A stretch of 64,000 nucleotides of DNA from an uncultured Alphaproteobacteria bacterium (GTDB lineage: Bacteria; Pseudomonadota; Alphaproteobacteria; Methylaequorales; Methylaequoraceae), in NCBI GenBank assembly GCA_902590895.1, contig CACIYM010000001.1, positions 68,477 through 132,476 of the forward strand. The letters run 5' to 3'. The stretch's first letter is position 1. Each line of letters begins with the position of its first letter. Below are positions 37,407 to 47,059 of the stretch, piece after piece. Both the position numbers and the translations under genes were made by a program. The notes under the pieces were generated by a model. That model ran no database searches. It was not told the origin of the DNA and was given only the letters and a program-made list of their open reading frames with translations.

Positions 37407-39152
37407 ATGACATTACCATCTTGGAACCTTAATCAATTTTACGAAAGTATTGAAGATAATCAAATTAATAAAGATTTTAAAAATCTTAATTCCATTTCAA
37501 AAAAATTTCAAAACAAATATAGAGGGAAGTTAGCTTCTTTAAGCTCTGAATCATTATTAAACTCATTAAAAGAGTATGAAAAGGTTGAGGAAGTTATTCA
37601 AAAAATTCAAAGTTTTGCTTACTTAAGTTATTGTACTGATCAACTAGAAAATAAAATTAAAAAATTTTATCAAGAAGTCGAAGAAAAATTATCAAATATT
37701 GAAAAAAATTTAATTTTTTATGGAATTGAACTAAACAACCTGCCTACAAAGAATTTAAAGTGTTTTGATAATACTAAATACGTTAACTGGATCGAAAACC
37801 ACAGAAAGTTTAAGAAATATCAAAAGTCTGAAGATAACGAAAAACTCCTTATGGAGAAATCTATTACGAGCTCCTCTGCATGGGTGAAATTTTTTGACCA
37901 GTCAATGGCGAGACTGAAATTTAAATTTAATGCAAAAAATCTCACCGAAACTGAAATATTAAATTTATTAAGTTCAACTAACGGTAAAGTTAGAAAAAAA
38001 GCAGCGAAAGTATTTGGAGATACATTAAAAGAAAACATTTTTAACTTTTCTTTCATAATGAATACAATTTCAAAAGACCTTGATATAAATAAAAACATAA
38101 GAGGATTTGAATTTTCAGAATCCTCAAGACACCTATCAAATCAGATAGATAAATCAGATGTAGATTGTTTGGTGGAAACAGCTTCTAATAATTATTCAGA
38201 AATTTGTCATAGATATTATAAATACAAGGCAAAATTCTTTGGTGGAAAAAAACTAAATTATTGGGACAGAAATGCCCCATATCCAAAGCAAAAAGAATTA
38301 AAAATAAATTGGAATGAGGCAAAAAGTATTGTGGTAAATGCTTACAGTGAATTTGATGATAGGTTTGGAAAAATCGCAAACCTTTTTTTCGAAAACTCAT
38401 GGATTCATGCTAAAGTAAAAAAAGGAAAGACTTCTGGAGCTTTCTCGCACCCTACAGTACCTAGTTGTCACCCTTGCATATTAATTAACTATCAAGGAAA
38501 AATACGAGATGTCATGACCCTGGCTCATGAGCTTGGACATGGGATTCATCAGTACCTTGCAAATAAAAATGGTGTTCTACTTGCTGACACACCTTTAACT
38601 TTGGCAGAGACAGCTAGTGTATTTGGAGAAATGTTAACATTTAAGTCTCTGCTAAAAAAATCAGAAAATAAAAACCAAAAAATTTCCCTACTTAGGTCAA
38701 AAATCGAAGATATGTTAAACACTGTTTTTAGACAAGTTGCTTTTTTTAAATTTGAAAGAGAAGTTCATTTGAAGAGATCCTCTGGAGAATTGACTGAAGA
38801 AGAAATTGGAAAAATTTGGATGGATACCCAAAAAGAGTCGTTAGGTCCATCAATAAAATTTAACGATAATTATAAATATTTTTGGGCTTACATACCTCAT
38901 TTTATCCATTCTCCTTTTTATGTATATGCCTACGCGTTTGGAGATTGTCTTGTGAATTCTTTATATAAAAAATATGAAGATGGTGACGACGATTTTATAG
39001 AAAAATATTACGCACTTCTTGAGGCAGGCGGGTCAGTTCATTATCAAAATCATCTAAGTAAATTTAAGCTAAATCCTAAAAGGGGAGATTTTTGGCAACT
39101 TGGAATGAATTTAATTAAAAATTTGATGGATGATTTAGAAAAATTAAGTTAG
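37407..39152 (+). CDS. pepF: oligoendopeptidase F (M3B family)
   Basis: 581 aa with the HELGHGIH zinc motif. Confidence 0.8.
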   Translation: MTLPSWNLNQFYESIEDNQINKDFKNLNSISKKFQNKYRGKLASLSSESLLNSLKEYEKVEEVIQKIQSFAYLSYCTDQLENKIKKFYQEVEEKLSNIEKNLIFYGIELNNLPTKNLKCFDNTKYVNWIENHRKFKKYQKSEDNEKLLMEKSITSSSAWVKFFDQSMARLKFKFNAKNLTETEILNLLSSTNGKVRKKAAKVFGDTLKENIFNFSFIMNTISKDLDINKNIRGFEFSESSRHLSNQIDKSDVDCLVETASNNYSEICHRYYKYKAKFFGGKKLNYWDRNAPYPKQKELKINWNEAKSIVVNAYSEFDDRFGKIANLFFENSWIHAKVKKGKTSGAFSHPTVPSCHPCILINYQGKIRDVMTLAHELGHGIHQYLANKNGVLLADTPLTLAETASVFGEMLTFKSLLKKSENKNQKISLLRSKIEDMLNTVFRQVAFFKFEREVHLKRSSGELTEEEIGKIWMDTQKESLGPSIKFNDNYKYFWAYIPHFIHSPFYVYAYAFGDCLVNSLYKKYEDGDDDFIEKYYALLEAGGSVHYQNHLSKFKLNPKRGDFWQLGMNLIKNLMDDLEKLS

Positions 39153-39153
39153 A

Positions 39154-40281
39154 TTGGCTGCTATGAAATTAGTTGTACCTTCTGAAATATTAGAAAACGA
39201 ACACAGGGTTGGAGTTACGCCAGATTGTGTCTCAGCTTTAGCTAAAATGGGGTTCAAAGTTTTTGTTCAATCTAACGCAGGAATTAATTCATCATATTCG
39301 GATGACGATTACAAAAAAGCGGGGGCAAAAATCTCAAGTAAATTAAATGAACTTTATTCTAAAGCCGATGTTGTTGTAAAGATTCAAAGACCCTCAAAAA
39401 ATAAGAAAGTTAATGAATTTAAATACTTAAAAAATGTGAGTGTTTTAACTTTATTGTATGAACAGAAATTCAAAACAGAATTTAGCAGTTTAAAAAAACT
39501 TAATATTAATGTTTTTGCATTAGAGAGAATGCCAAGAATTTCTCGAGCACAAAGTATGGACGTTTTGTCATCTCAGAGCAATTTATCAGGATATAAAGCC
39601 GTTATTGATGCAGCTTCAATTTTTAATAAAGCATTTCCACTAATGATGACCTCAGCAGGAACGGTAGCTCCAGCTAAAGTATTGGTTGTAGGTGCCGGTG
39701 TTGCAGGGCTTCAAGCGATAGCTACGGCAAAAAGACTAGGCGCAGTGGTTTCCTCATTTGATGTAAGATCTTCAACGAAAGAGCAGGTTGAGAGCTTAGG
39801 GGCTAAGTTTATTGAAGTCAAAGGTGAAGACTCTGGAGAAACAGCAGGCGGGTATGCTAAAGAAATGTCAAAAACTTATAAAAAAAAACAAGCAGTGTTG
39901 CTAGCAGAAAGCTTGAAAAAAACAGATATAGTTATAACGACTGCTTTAATTCCAGGAAAACCGTCACCAAAAATAATCACTAAGAAAATGGTTGATGGAA
40001 TGAAGATTGGGAGTGTTATAATGGATTTAGCTTCAGAATTCGGGGGTAACTGTGAGCTAACAAAGCACGGGGAAACTGTTGACTATAAATCAAAAAAGAT
40101 AGTTGGTCCCTTAAACCTTCCGGCGTCTGTAGCGCAAGACTCATCAAGACTTTTCTCAAAAAATGTTCTAAATTTTTTAATGAATTCATGTAATGATGGA
40201 AAGTTTGAAAATTTTAATTGGGAAGATGAAGTTGTAAAAGAAACATGCATAATAGATAATTTGAAAAAGAAGGAGAAATAA
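39154..40281 (+). CDS. pntAA: NAD(P) transhydrogenase subunit alpha part 1
   Basis: 375 aa. Alanine-dehydrogenase-like, with VVGAGVAGLQAIATAKRLGA. The track start is TTG 39154; ATG at 39163 is an alternative. Confidence 0.85.
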   Translation: MAAMKLVVPSEILENEHRVGVTPDCVSALAKMGFKVFVQSNAGINSSYSDDDYKKAGAKISSKLNELYSKADVVVKIQRPSKNKKVNEFKYLKNVSVLTLLYEQKFKTEFSSLKKLNINVFALERMPRISRAQSMDVLSSQSNLSGYKAVIDAASIFNKAFPLMMTSAGTVAPAKVLVVGAGVAGLQAIATAKRLGAVVSSFDVRSSTKEQVESLGAKFIEVKGEDSGETAGGYAKEMSKTYKKKQAVLLAESLKKTDIVITTALIPGKPSPKIITKKMVDGMKIGSVIMDLASEFGGNCELTKHGETVDYKSKKIVGPLNLPASVAQDSSRLFSKNVLNFLMNSCNDGKFENFNWEDEVVKETCIIDNLKKKEK

Positions 40282-40286
40282 CAATT

Positions 40287-40592
40287 ATGGAAAATATTGA
40301 TCCAATTATAAACCTAATAATGATATTTGTTTTAGCATGTATTATTGGTTATTACGTAATCTGGGGAGTAACCTCTGCCTTGCACTCTCCATTGATGGCT
40401 GTTACTAACGCAATATCAAGCGTAATAATTGTAGGTGCTTTGATAGCAGCAGGTCCTGAAGACTTAAATTTCTCATCCATAATGGGTTTCTTTGCTATTA
40501 TTTTGGCCTCCGTAAATATTTTCGGCGGTTTTGTAGTTTCTCATCGAATGCTTTCAATGTTTAAAAAGAAAGAAAAAAAGGATAACAAATAA
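40287..40592 (+). CDS. pntAB: NAD(P) transhydrogenase subunit alpha part 2 (membrane)
   Basis: 101 aa with 3 TM helices. Lies between pntAA and pntB, as in the Rhodospirillum-type three-gene arrangement. Confidence 0.85.
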   Translation: MENIDPIINLIMIFVLACIIGYYVIWGVTSALHSPLMAVTNAISSVIIVGALIAAGPEDLNFSSIMGFFAIILASVNIFGGFVVSHRMLSMFKKKEKKDNK

Positions 40593-41983
40593 TGAGTGAA
40601 AATATAACAGCTATAAGTTACCTCGTTTCCGCTATATTTTTTATTTTGGCTTTAAAAGGTCTGTCCCATCCTGAATCAGCAAGAAATGGTAATATCATGG
40701 GTATTGTAGGGATGATCATCGCTGTAATAACAACTTTGTTTAATCCGAATGTACTATCTTACGAAATGATTATTCTAGGTATTTTAATAGGAGGTGGAGT
40801 TGGAACATATATCGCTTTAAAAATAGAAATGACAGCTTTACCTCAGCTTGTTGCTGCATTTCACTCGTTGGTTGGCTTAGCTGCAGTGTTCGTAGCAACC
40901 AGTGCTTTTTATGCTCCAGAAAGTTACGGCATTGTTGGTGACAACGGAAAAATATTTGCTTCAAGTCTTGTTGAAATGTCTATAGGTGTAGCCATAGGAG
41001 CAATTACATTTACTGGGTCGATTATAGCATTTTTAAAACTACAAGGTCTGGTAAGCGGAGCACCCACTACTTTTTTCGGTCAGCACTTCCTAAATCTTTT
41101 GATTTTTGTATCTTTGGTAGTTTTGACTGTAATTTTTACCATTGACACTTCCACAAATACATTTTGGCTAATAGTAGGGTTGTCGTTGTTATTGGGAATT
41201 TTGTTAATAATTCCAATAGGTGGTGCAGATATGCCTGTTGTAGTTTCGATGTTAAACTCATATTCAGGATGGGCAGCTGCAGGAATCGGATTTACACTTT
41301 CTAATCATTTATTGATAATCGTGGGCTCCTTGGTTGGTGCCTCAGGCGCAATACTTAGTTATATAATGTGCAAAGGAATGAATAGATCATTTATCAGTGT
41401 TATTCTCGGTGGTTTTGGAGTAGAAGAAGGTACCACTGTTGATAAGAATCAAGGAAAAACAGTTAAAACAGGAAGCCCTGAGGATGCAGCATTCATAATG
41501 TCAAATGCGAGTAATGTAATTATTGTTCCAGGTTATGGCATGGCTGTTGCTCAAGCTCAACACGCACTAAGAGAAATGTGTGATATATTAAAGAAAAACG
41601 GTGTTACAATAAAATACGCTATTCATCCAGTAGCTGGAAGAATGCCGGGTCATATGAATGTTTTACTTGCCGAGGCTAACGTACCATATGATGAAGTTTT
41701 CGAGTTAGAAGAAATTAATAGTGAGTTTTCTAATACTGACGCTGCTTTCGTTATTGGGGCAAATGATATCACCAACCCTGCTGCTAAGACTGATAAAAGT
41801 AGTCCAATATATGGTATGCCAATACTTGATGTCGAAAATTCTGGTACCGTTTTGTTTATAAAGAGATCGATGGCGTCAGGCTACGCAGGCGTCGATAATG
41901 AACTTTTTTTTAGAGACAACACTATGATGTTATTTTCAGATGCAAAAAAAATGGTCGAAGATATTGTTAAAAGCTTAGACTAA
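40592..41983 (+). CDS. pntB: NAD(P) transhydrogenase subunit beta
   Basis: 463 aa. Membrane domain plus the dIII domain (PGYGMAVAQAQ, HPVAGRMPGHMNVLLAEA). Confidence 0.9.
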   Translation: MSENITAISYLVSAIFFILALKGLSHPESARNGNIMGIVGMIIAVITTLFNPNVLSYEMIILGILIGGGVGTYIALKIEMTALPQLVAAFHSLVGLAAVFVATSAFYAPESYGIVGDNGKIFASSLVEMSIGVAIGAITFTGSIIAFLKLQGLVSGAPTTFFGQHFLNLLIFVSLVVLTVIFTIDTSTNTFWLIVGLSLLLGILLIIPIGGADMPVVVSMLNSYSGWAAAGIGFTLSNHLLIIVGSLVGASGAILSYIMCKGMNRSFISVILGGFGVEEGTTVDKNQGKTVKTGSPEDAAFIMSNASNVIIVPGYGMAVAQAQHALREMCDILKKNGVTIKYAIHPVAGRMPGHMNVLLAEANVPYDEVFELEEINSEFSNTDAAFVIGANDITNPAAKTDKSSPIYGMPILDVENSGTVLFIKRSMASGYAGVDNELFFRDNTMMLFSDAKKMVEDIVKSLD

Positions 41984-42030
41984 GAAAAATATAATCTATT
42001 AAGGGTGATGTTTAAAAAAACAACTTTAAG

Positions 42031-42237
42031 CTAGTAACCTTGTATCTCCAGTTTCTTTCTGAGCATCTTTTTACACCTTCGTGTTGATTCGTTTAATAAC
42101 CTAGCTTTCTTTTCAGAGGGTTTTTCGTAGGCTCTTCTTTGTTTCATTTCTTTGAACACGCCTTCTCTTTGAAGCTTCTTCTTCATAGCCCTCATAGCTT
42201 TTTCAAGATTATTATCTCTTACTTGAACTCTAATAAT
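42031..42237 (-). CDS. rpsU: 30S ribosomal protein S21, apparent non-canonical ATT start (not in ORF track)
   Basis: The minus strand translates to (I)IRVQVRDNNLEKAMRAMKKKLQREGVFKEMKQRRAYEKPSEKKARLLNESTRRCKKMLRKKLEIQGY. AAGGAG lies at 42250..42245, 7 nt upstream of the ATT. There is no in-frame ATG/GTG/TTG before residue 15. An in-frame stop lies at 42255..42253. Confidence 0.8.
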   Translation of the reverse strand: MIRVQVRDNNLEKAMRAMKKKLQREGVFKEMKQRRAYEKPSEKKARLLNESTRRCKKMLRKKLEIQGY

Positions 42238-42316
42238 TTTAATACTCCTTAATTATGAAGTTTATTTATATAAAAATTTATAATAATGTAAACTTTTTTA
42301 TTTAATAATTTAAATT

Positions 42317-42913
42317 ATGAAAATTGATAGAAATAAAATTCTTTTACGCCTTCTCAAAAATATTACTGAGTATAAAGATTTAGATGATGCTTTACTAAGC
42401 ACTCTCTCACAATTAAAGATTAATCAAGATAAATTTTACGATATTAAGCAAGATTTACTTCCCAAAGGACTTTCATCGTTAATGAACGAGCTAAATTTAC
42501 TTATCAACCAAATAATAGATAAAGAACAAAAACCAAGTAAATTTAAAAACTACAAGATAAATGAAAAAATAAAATATTTTGTCATTAGAAGGTTGATGGT
42601 TTTTCAAGATTTAGTAAATAAAAAAAAATTTTTTAAGAAAATTTTAAAACCGAACTTGATTGTTAGTTCTAACAAAACTTTGTTCAAGATAGCAGATGAA
42701 ATTTGGTTTTTGGCTGGGGATAAATCAACAGATTATAATTACTATACAAAAAGAATTATATTGATGAATGTATACGCTATTACATTTTCCTTTTTTGTTT
42801 TTGATAATTCAAAAGATTTAGAAAGAACTAAAAAATTTTTAGATAAAGAAATAAGTACAGTTTTAAAGTTTGGTAATTTAAAAAATAAATTAAAAAAAAG
42901 AATTAAATTTTAA
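42317..42913 (+). CDS. COQ9-like 'rpsU-divergently transcribed' family protein
   Basis: 198 aa. The call is mainly from conserved divergent synteny with rpsU, known for this alphaproteobacterial family. Confidence 0.45.
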   Translation: MKIDRNKILLRLLKNITEYKDLDDALLSTLSQLKINQDKFYDIKQDLLPKGLSSLMNELNLLINQIIDKEQKPSKFKNYKINEKIKYFVIRRLMVFQDLVNKKKFFKKILKPNLIVSSNKTLFKIADEIWFLAGDKSTDYNYYTKRIILMNVYAITFSFFVFDNSKDLERTKKFLDKEISTVLKFGNLKNKLKKRIKF

Positions 42914-43937
42914 AAGTGTAGTGTCCCATTTTTCTTGAATCCTTGATTTCTTTCTTAAAATAGTCATAAAATTTAAATTTTTTTTTGAGTTTTTCTTTAT
43001 TTAAAAATTCATCACCTATTACATTTATCATTTTACACGAGACATGTGGACTTGGGCATTTTGGTGAATTAAAAAAAATAGTATTTATTAAATTCTGAAA
43101 TTGACTAACATCACAATAATCCAGAGTCCAATGACCAGAGTTGTGCGGTCTAGGTGCTAATTCATTAACTATAATTGATTGATCTTTCATAAGAAACATT
43201 TCAACAGCTAGTATTCCATTTAGTTCAAGTTGGTTTGCAATCTGAATAGCCATTTTTAATGCTTTATTGGATACTCCTTTACTTAAATTAGCGGGGTAGA
43301 TCGTCTCTCTTAAGATAGAGTTTTTATGAATATTTTCTACGACTGGATAGGCTTCCACTTTTTTATTTTTTCTACATACAATAACGGATATTTCTTTTTC
43401 AAAATCTAATATCTTTTCTAGAATAAAATTTTTTAAATTTAAATTTTTAAGCTCATCGATTTTTCCATCAATAATTTTGTATTGCCCCTTACCATCATAA
43501 CCTAATTCTGATGTTTTTAAAATTCCATTACTACCTATGAGAGTAATTTTTTCTTCTAAATCTTTAAAGCTGTTAATTTCAAAATAAACTGCTGTTTTTA
43601 TATTTTTTAATGAATTTAAAAATCTTTTTTCTTTTAACCTATTTTGACAAATCTTTACAATATTTGGATGAGGAAATATTTGTTTTACTGATGCAATTTT
43701 GTCTAATACTTCAAAAGGTATATTTTCAGTTTCAATTGTAAAATAATCTGCTGAGTTTATGAAATTTTCTAAAACTTCATGATTATTGAATTTTCCAATA
43801 AAACATTGATCACAAAATTTTTTTGCACTAAAATCTGAGTTTTCTGAAAAGATTGAGGTTTTAATTCCAAAAGTTTTTGCAGCTTGGCAAATAAACATTC
43901 CTAACTGTCCTCCCCCAATAATACCTAAACTACGCAT
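42903..43937 (-). CDS. purK: N5-carboxyaminoimidazole ribonucleotide synthase
   Basis: 344 aa. ATP-grasp fold with N-terminus GIIGGGQLG. Overlaps purE. Confidence 0.85.
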   Translation of the reverse strand: MRSLGIIGGGQLGMFICQAAKTFGIKTSIFSENSDFSAKKFCDQCFIGKFNNHEVLENFINSADYFTIETENIPFEVLDKIASVKQIFPHPNIVKICQNRLKEKRFLNSLKNIKTAVYFEINSFKDLEEKITLIGSNGILKTSELGYDGKGQYKIIDGKIDELKNLNLKNFILEKILDFEKEISVIVCRKNKKVEAYPVVENIHKNSILRETIYPANLSKGVSNKALKMAIQIANQLELNGILAVEMFLMKDQSIIVNELAPRPHNSGHWTLDYCDVSQFQNLINTIFFNSPKCPSPHVSCKMINVIGDEFLNKEKLKKKFKFYDYFKKEIKDSRKMGHYTFKI

Positions 43938-44421
43938 CTTTCGGAGTTTTTTTTATAGATTTTGTGATTTTTGATCTATAGAGTTTTAATTTCTTCAATA
44001 TTCGTGGATATTTATTTCCTAATATAGAGATAGCTGCGAGTGAAGCATTTATTGCTCCTGCTTTACCTATTGCAAGGGTAGGTAAAGGAACTCCAGCTGG
44101 CATTTGAACAATTGAAAGTAGACTATCAATTCCCTTTAACACTTTTGACTCTACAGGAACACCAAGCACTGTGGTAGTAGTAAGTGATGCTATCATTCCC
44201 GGCAAATGAGCTGCTCCACCAGCACCTGCAATTACAACTTCAATTCCTCTATATTCAATGTTTTTTGCATACTCATAGAGCCTTTCTGGAGTTCTATGCG
44301 CTGAGATTATTTTTTTTTCGTAACTTATGTCAAAGTTTTTTAAGATCTCCTCACAATTTTTTAAAGTTTCCCAGTCAGATTGGCTACCCATTACTATTGA
44401 AATTAAAATTTTTTTTTTCAT
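43930..44421 (-). CDS. purE: N5-carboxyaminoimidazole ribonucleotide mutase
   Basis: 163 aa. MGSQSDW, SAHRTP and [10 protein letters not shown] motifs. Confidence 0.9.
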   Translation of the reverse strand: MKKKILISIVMGSQSDWETLKNCEEILKNFDISYEKKIISAHRTPERLYEYAKNIEYRGIEVVIAGAGGAAHLPGMIASLTTTTVLGVPVESKVLKGIDSLLSIVQMPAGVPLPTLAIGKAGAINASLAAISILGNKYPRILKKLKLYRSKITKSIKKTPKDA

Positions 44422-44469
44422 TTTAAATTAATTGTAGATAAAAATAAAAAAACATATTAACATTAAATA

Positions 44470-44646
44470 ATGGATAGACTTGCATTAAAAGAAAAAAAAA
44501 TTAAGTCTCTTGTCTCAAAACATCAAAAATTTGAAAATCAACTAAAAAAAGCTTTTAGAAGTATAAGCACTGATGATTTAACAATAACAAGTTTGAAGAA
44601 AAAGAAACTTAAAATTAGAGATGAAATATTAAGACTTACTGCTTAA
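44470..44646 (+). CDS. DUF465 (YdcH-like) small protein (not in ORF track)
   Basis: 58 aa: MDRLALKEKKIKSLVSKHQKFENQLKKAFRSISTDDLTITSLKKKKLKIRDEILRLTA. The LKKKKLKIRDEI ending is typical of DUF465. Confidence 0.5.
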   Translation: MDRLALKEKKIKSLVSKHQKFENQLKKAFRSISTDDLTITSLKKKKLKIRDEILRLTA

Positions 44647-45172
44647 TAGTTTCGTCTTTATTAAATTTTTCAATTATTTTTTGAAGTTCTTCTCTTGAAC
44701 ACAAACCAAGTTCTTGGGGGTTCTGCGCTCTTATATTTTGAATATTCCAATAAGTTCTATCTCTTATAGATTGGACTGTTTTCTTTGTAGTCCCAATTAT
44801 TTTACATATTTTGGAATCAGGTAAGTTAGGGTAGTGTTTTATTAACCAGTAAATTCCATTAGGTTTGTCAGCTCTTTTAGATAAGGGAGTATATTTTGCA
44901 CCTTTTGTTTTTGTTTGAGGCATGGGAATTTCAGAGTGTTTAATTTGTAGATCACGTTTTTCATCTTTTTCGCATTTTTGAATTTCCTCATTTGTAAGTT
45001 CACCGTTTTCAAGAGGGTTTCTCGAAAGTATTCCACTAGAAACCTCTCCATCAGCTATAGCTTGAATTTCAAGAATGTGTAAACCAACGAAGTTTGAAAT
45101 TTGCTTAAATGAAAGCGAAGTATTTTCAATTAACCAACTAGCAGTGGCTTTGGGCATTAGGGGTTTTCTCAT
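44636..45172 (-). CDS. DUF1013-family protein (alphaproteobacterial)
   Basis: 178 aa. PLMPKATASWLIENTSLSFKQISNFVGLHILEIQAIADGEV matches the conserved DUF1013 N-terminus. Confidence 0.6.
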   Translation of the reverse strand: MRKPLMPKATASWLIENTSLSFKQISNFVGLHILEIQAIADGEVSSGILSRNPLENGELTNEEIQKCEKDEKRDLQIKHSEIPMPQTKTKGAKYTPLSKRADKPNGIYWLIKHYPNLPDSKICKIIGTTKKTVQSIRDRTYWNIQNIRAQNPQELGLCSREELQKIIEKFNKDETIKQ

Positions 45173-45181
45173 AATAAATTC

Positions 45182-46156
45182 CTATGGGTTGAGTATAATT
45201 TTTCCAATGTGTTTGCCTTCGTCTATTCTTTCGTGGGCTTTTATTACATCATCAAACTTAAAAACAGAATCTACAAAACACATGATCTTTCTTTCAACTA
45301 ATAGAGGAAAAACAAATTTTTTAAGCTCTGATAAAACCTGACCTTTAAATTTATTGCTCCTAATTCTAAGTGTTGAACCAGTTATCTGCAACCTTTTTAA
45401 CATTATCTTCATCAAATTTATTTGGGCTGTTGAACCTTCTAAAAATCCAATATTAACCAAGGTACCTTCAGTATCAAGTAAATTTATATTTTTTAAAATA
45501 TATTCTCCACCGACATAATCTAAGATTAAATTGACATTTTTAACATCTGATTTTTTAATTATTTCAAAGAAATCTTGTTTTTTATAATTAATAACTTCAT
45601 TAACTCCTAGGTTCTTACAAAATTTAGCTTTTTCTTCATTCCCAACAGTTGTAATTATGTAAGAGTTAAATATTTTTGCAATTTGTATAGCAGCTATCCC
45701 AATACCGCTTGTTCCACCATGAATCAAAACCTTTTGGTTCTTGGTTAGTCTACCTCTTTGGACTAAATTAGACCATGCAGTAAAATAACATTCTGGAATA
45801 CATGCTGCTTCGTTAAATGACAAATCTCCTGGAATTTTAAATGTTGATTCTTGCTCAGCTAAACAAAACTCTGCATATCCACCTCCATTTACTAAAGCAG
45901 CCACTTTGTTATTTAAAGAAAAATTTTTAACATTTTTCCCAATCTTTTCAATATAACCAGAAACCTCTAAGCCTAAAATTGGGGAGTGATTCTCTGGTGG
46001 AGGGTAGTTTCCTTGTCTTTGTATAACATCTGGTCTATTAACTCCGGCAGCCATAACTTTTATAAGTATTTGGTTATCATTAGGTACTGGAATCTCTGAA
46101 TTTACAACCTGTAATACGTCAGGTGAACCTGGTTGATCATAATAGATCGCTTTCAT
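45182..46156 (-). CDS. qor: NADPH:quinone oxidoreductase (MDR/zeta-crystallin family)
   Basis: 324 aa with the IHGGTSGIGIAAIQIAK nucleotide-binding motif. Confidence 0.75.
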   Translation of the reverse strand: MKAIYYDQPGSPDVLQVVNSEIPVPNDNQILIKVMAAGVNRPDVIQRQGNYPPPENHSPILGLEVSGYIEKIGKNVKNFSLNNKVAALVNGGGYAEFCLAEQESTFKIPGDLSFNEAACIPECYFTAWSNLVQRGRLTKNQKVLIHGGTSGIGIAAIQIAKIFNSYIITTVGNEEKAKFCKNLGVNEVINYKKQDFFEIIKKSDVKNVNLILDYVGGEYILKNINLLDTEGTLVNIGFLEGSTAQINLMKIMLKRLQITGSTLRIRSNKFKGQVLSELKKFVFPLLVERKIMCFVDSVFKFDDVIKAHERIDEGKHIGKIILNP

Positions 46157-46167
46157 TTGTAGTATAT

Positions 46168-46395
46168 TTACTTTTTAAAATTTAAGTTTTGGAATCTTTT
46201 GTTGAATTTAGCGACTTGACCGTCAGAGTCCATTAATTTCGAGGCTTCACCCGTCCATGCTGGGTGTGATATAGGATCGATATCTAACTTTAAAGTATCA
46301 CCTTCTTTACCATAGGTAGATTTAGTTTCAAAGCTGCTTCCGTCTGTCAGTTGAACTTTGATTGTGTGATAATCCGGATGTATTTCTTTTTTCAT
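46168..46395 (-). CDS. rpmE: 50S ribosomal protein L31 (Cys-free type)
   Basis: 75 aa: [14 protein letters not shown]...HPAWTG...KFNKRF. Confidence 0.9.
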   Translation of the reverse strand: MKKEIHPDYHTIKVQLTDGSSFETKSTYGKEGDTLKLDIDPISHPAWTGEASKLMDSDGQVAKFNKRFQNLNFKK

Positions 46396-46460
46396 AATTC
46401 TTGACTGAATTTATATAACTATTACATTTAGATTGCAAGCAATTTACTTTCAGTTTTAAC

Positions 46461-46757
46461 ATGAGCAATTTCAAAGAAGCAGCTAACAAAACACTTAACT
46501 TAATTTTTGATATGGTAGAAAAAAATTATGACTTCCTCGACGTTGATTATGAGGACGAAAATCTCAAAATTGAAAAAGAGGAAAAAGTATTTATTGTAAG
46601 TATTCACAACCCTACATCGCAAATTTGGCTGTCTTCTCCAATAAGTGGTGCGCATCATTTTGAGCTCATGCATAACACAAACAACTGGATTGGAACAAGA
46701 GATAAAAATTTAGATTTAATTAAAGTTCTCGAGAAGGAATTGGGTTCATTACGGTGA
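46461..46757 (+). CDS. cyaY: frataxin-like iron donor CyaY
   Basis: 98 aa. Acidic N-terminal helix and the QIWLSSPISGAHHF motif. Confidence 0.7.
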   Translation: MSNFKEAANKTLNLIFDMVEKNYDFLDVDYEDENLKIEKEEKVFIVSIHNPTSQIWLSSPISGAHHFELMHNTNNWIGTRDKNLDLIKVLEKELGSLR

Positions 46758-47059
46758 GTCAAAAACTGCTAAAGTTATTTAAAGTTGATAACTATTTTAG
46801 ATTATTAATTATTTTCACAGTTTTTGGTATCACTGGCTCGCTTTCAGTAGTTTTAGGAAAATATGTACTGATCAGTATTTTTTCTTCAAATATTCTAAAT
46901 AATGAGTTTTATTGGTTAATCAGAATATTATTAATTTTTCCCCTATATCAAATTTTATTAATTATTATAGGAACTTTATTCGGAGAGTTTAAATATTTTT
47001 GGGCTATTGAGAAAAAGATACTTGTAAGATTAAAAATTTTGAAATCACCTCCTAGTTAA
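46754..47059 (+). CDS. small integral membrane protein, unknown function
   Basis: 101 aa. GTG start in a GTGA overlap with the cyaY stop. 2-3 TM helices. Confidence 0.45.
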   Translation: MSQKLLKLFKVDNYFRLLIIFTVFGITGSLSVVLGKYVLISIFSSNILNNEFYWLIRILLIFPLYQILLIIIGTLFGEFKYFWAIEKKILVRLKILKSPPS

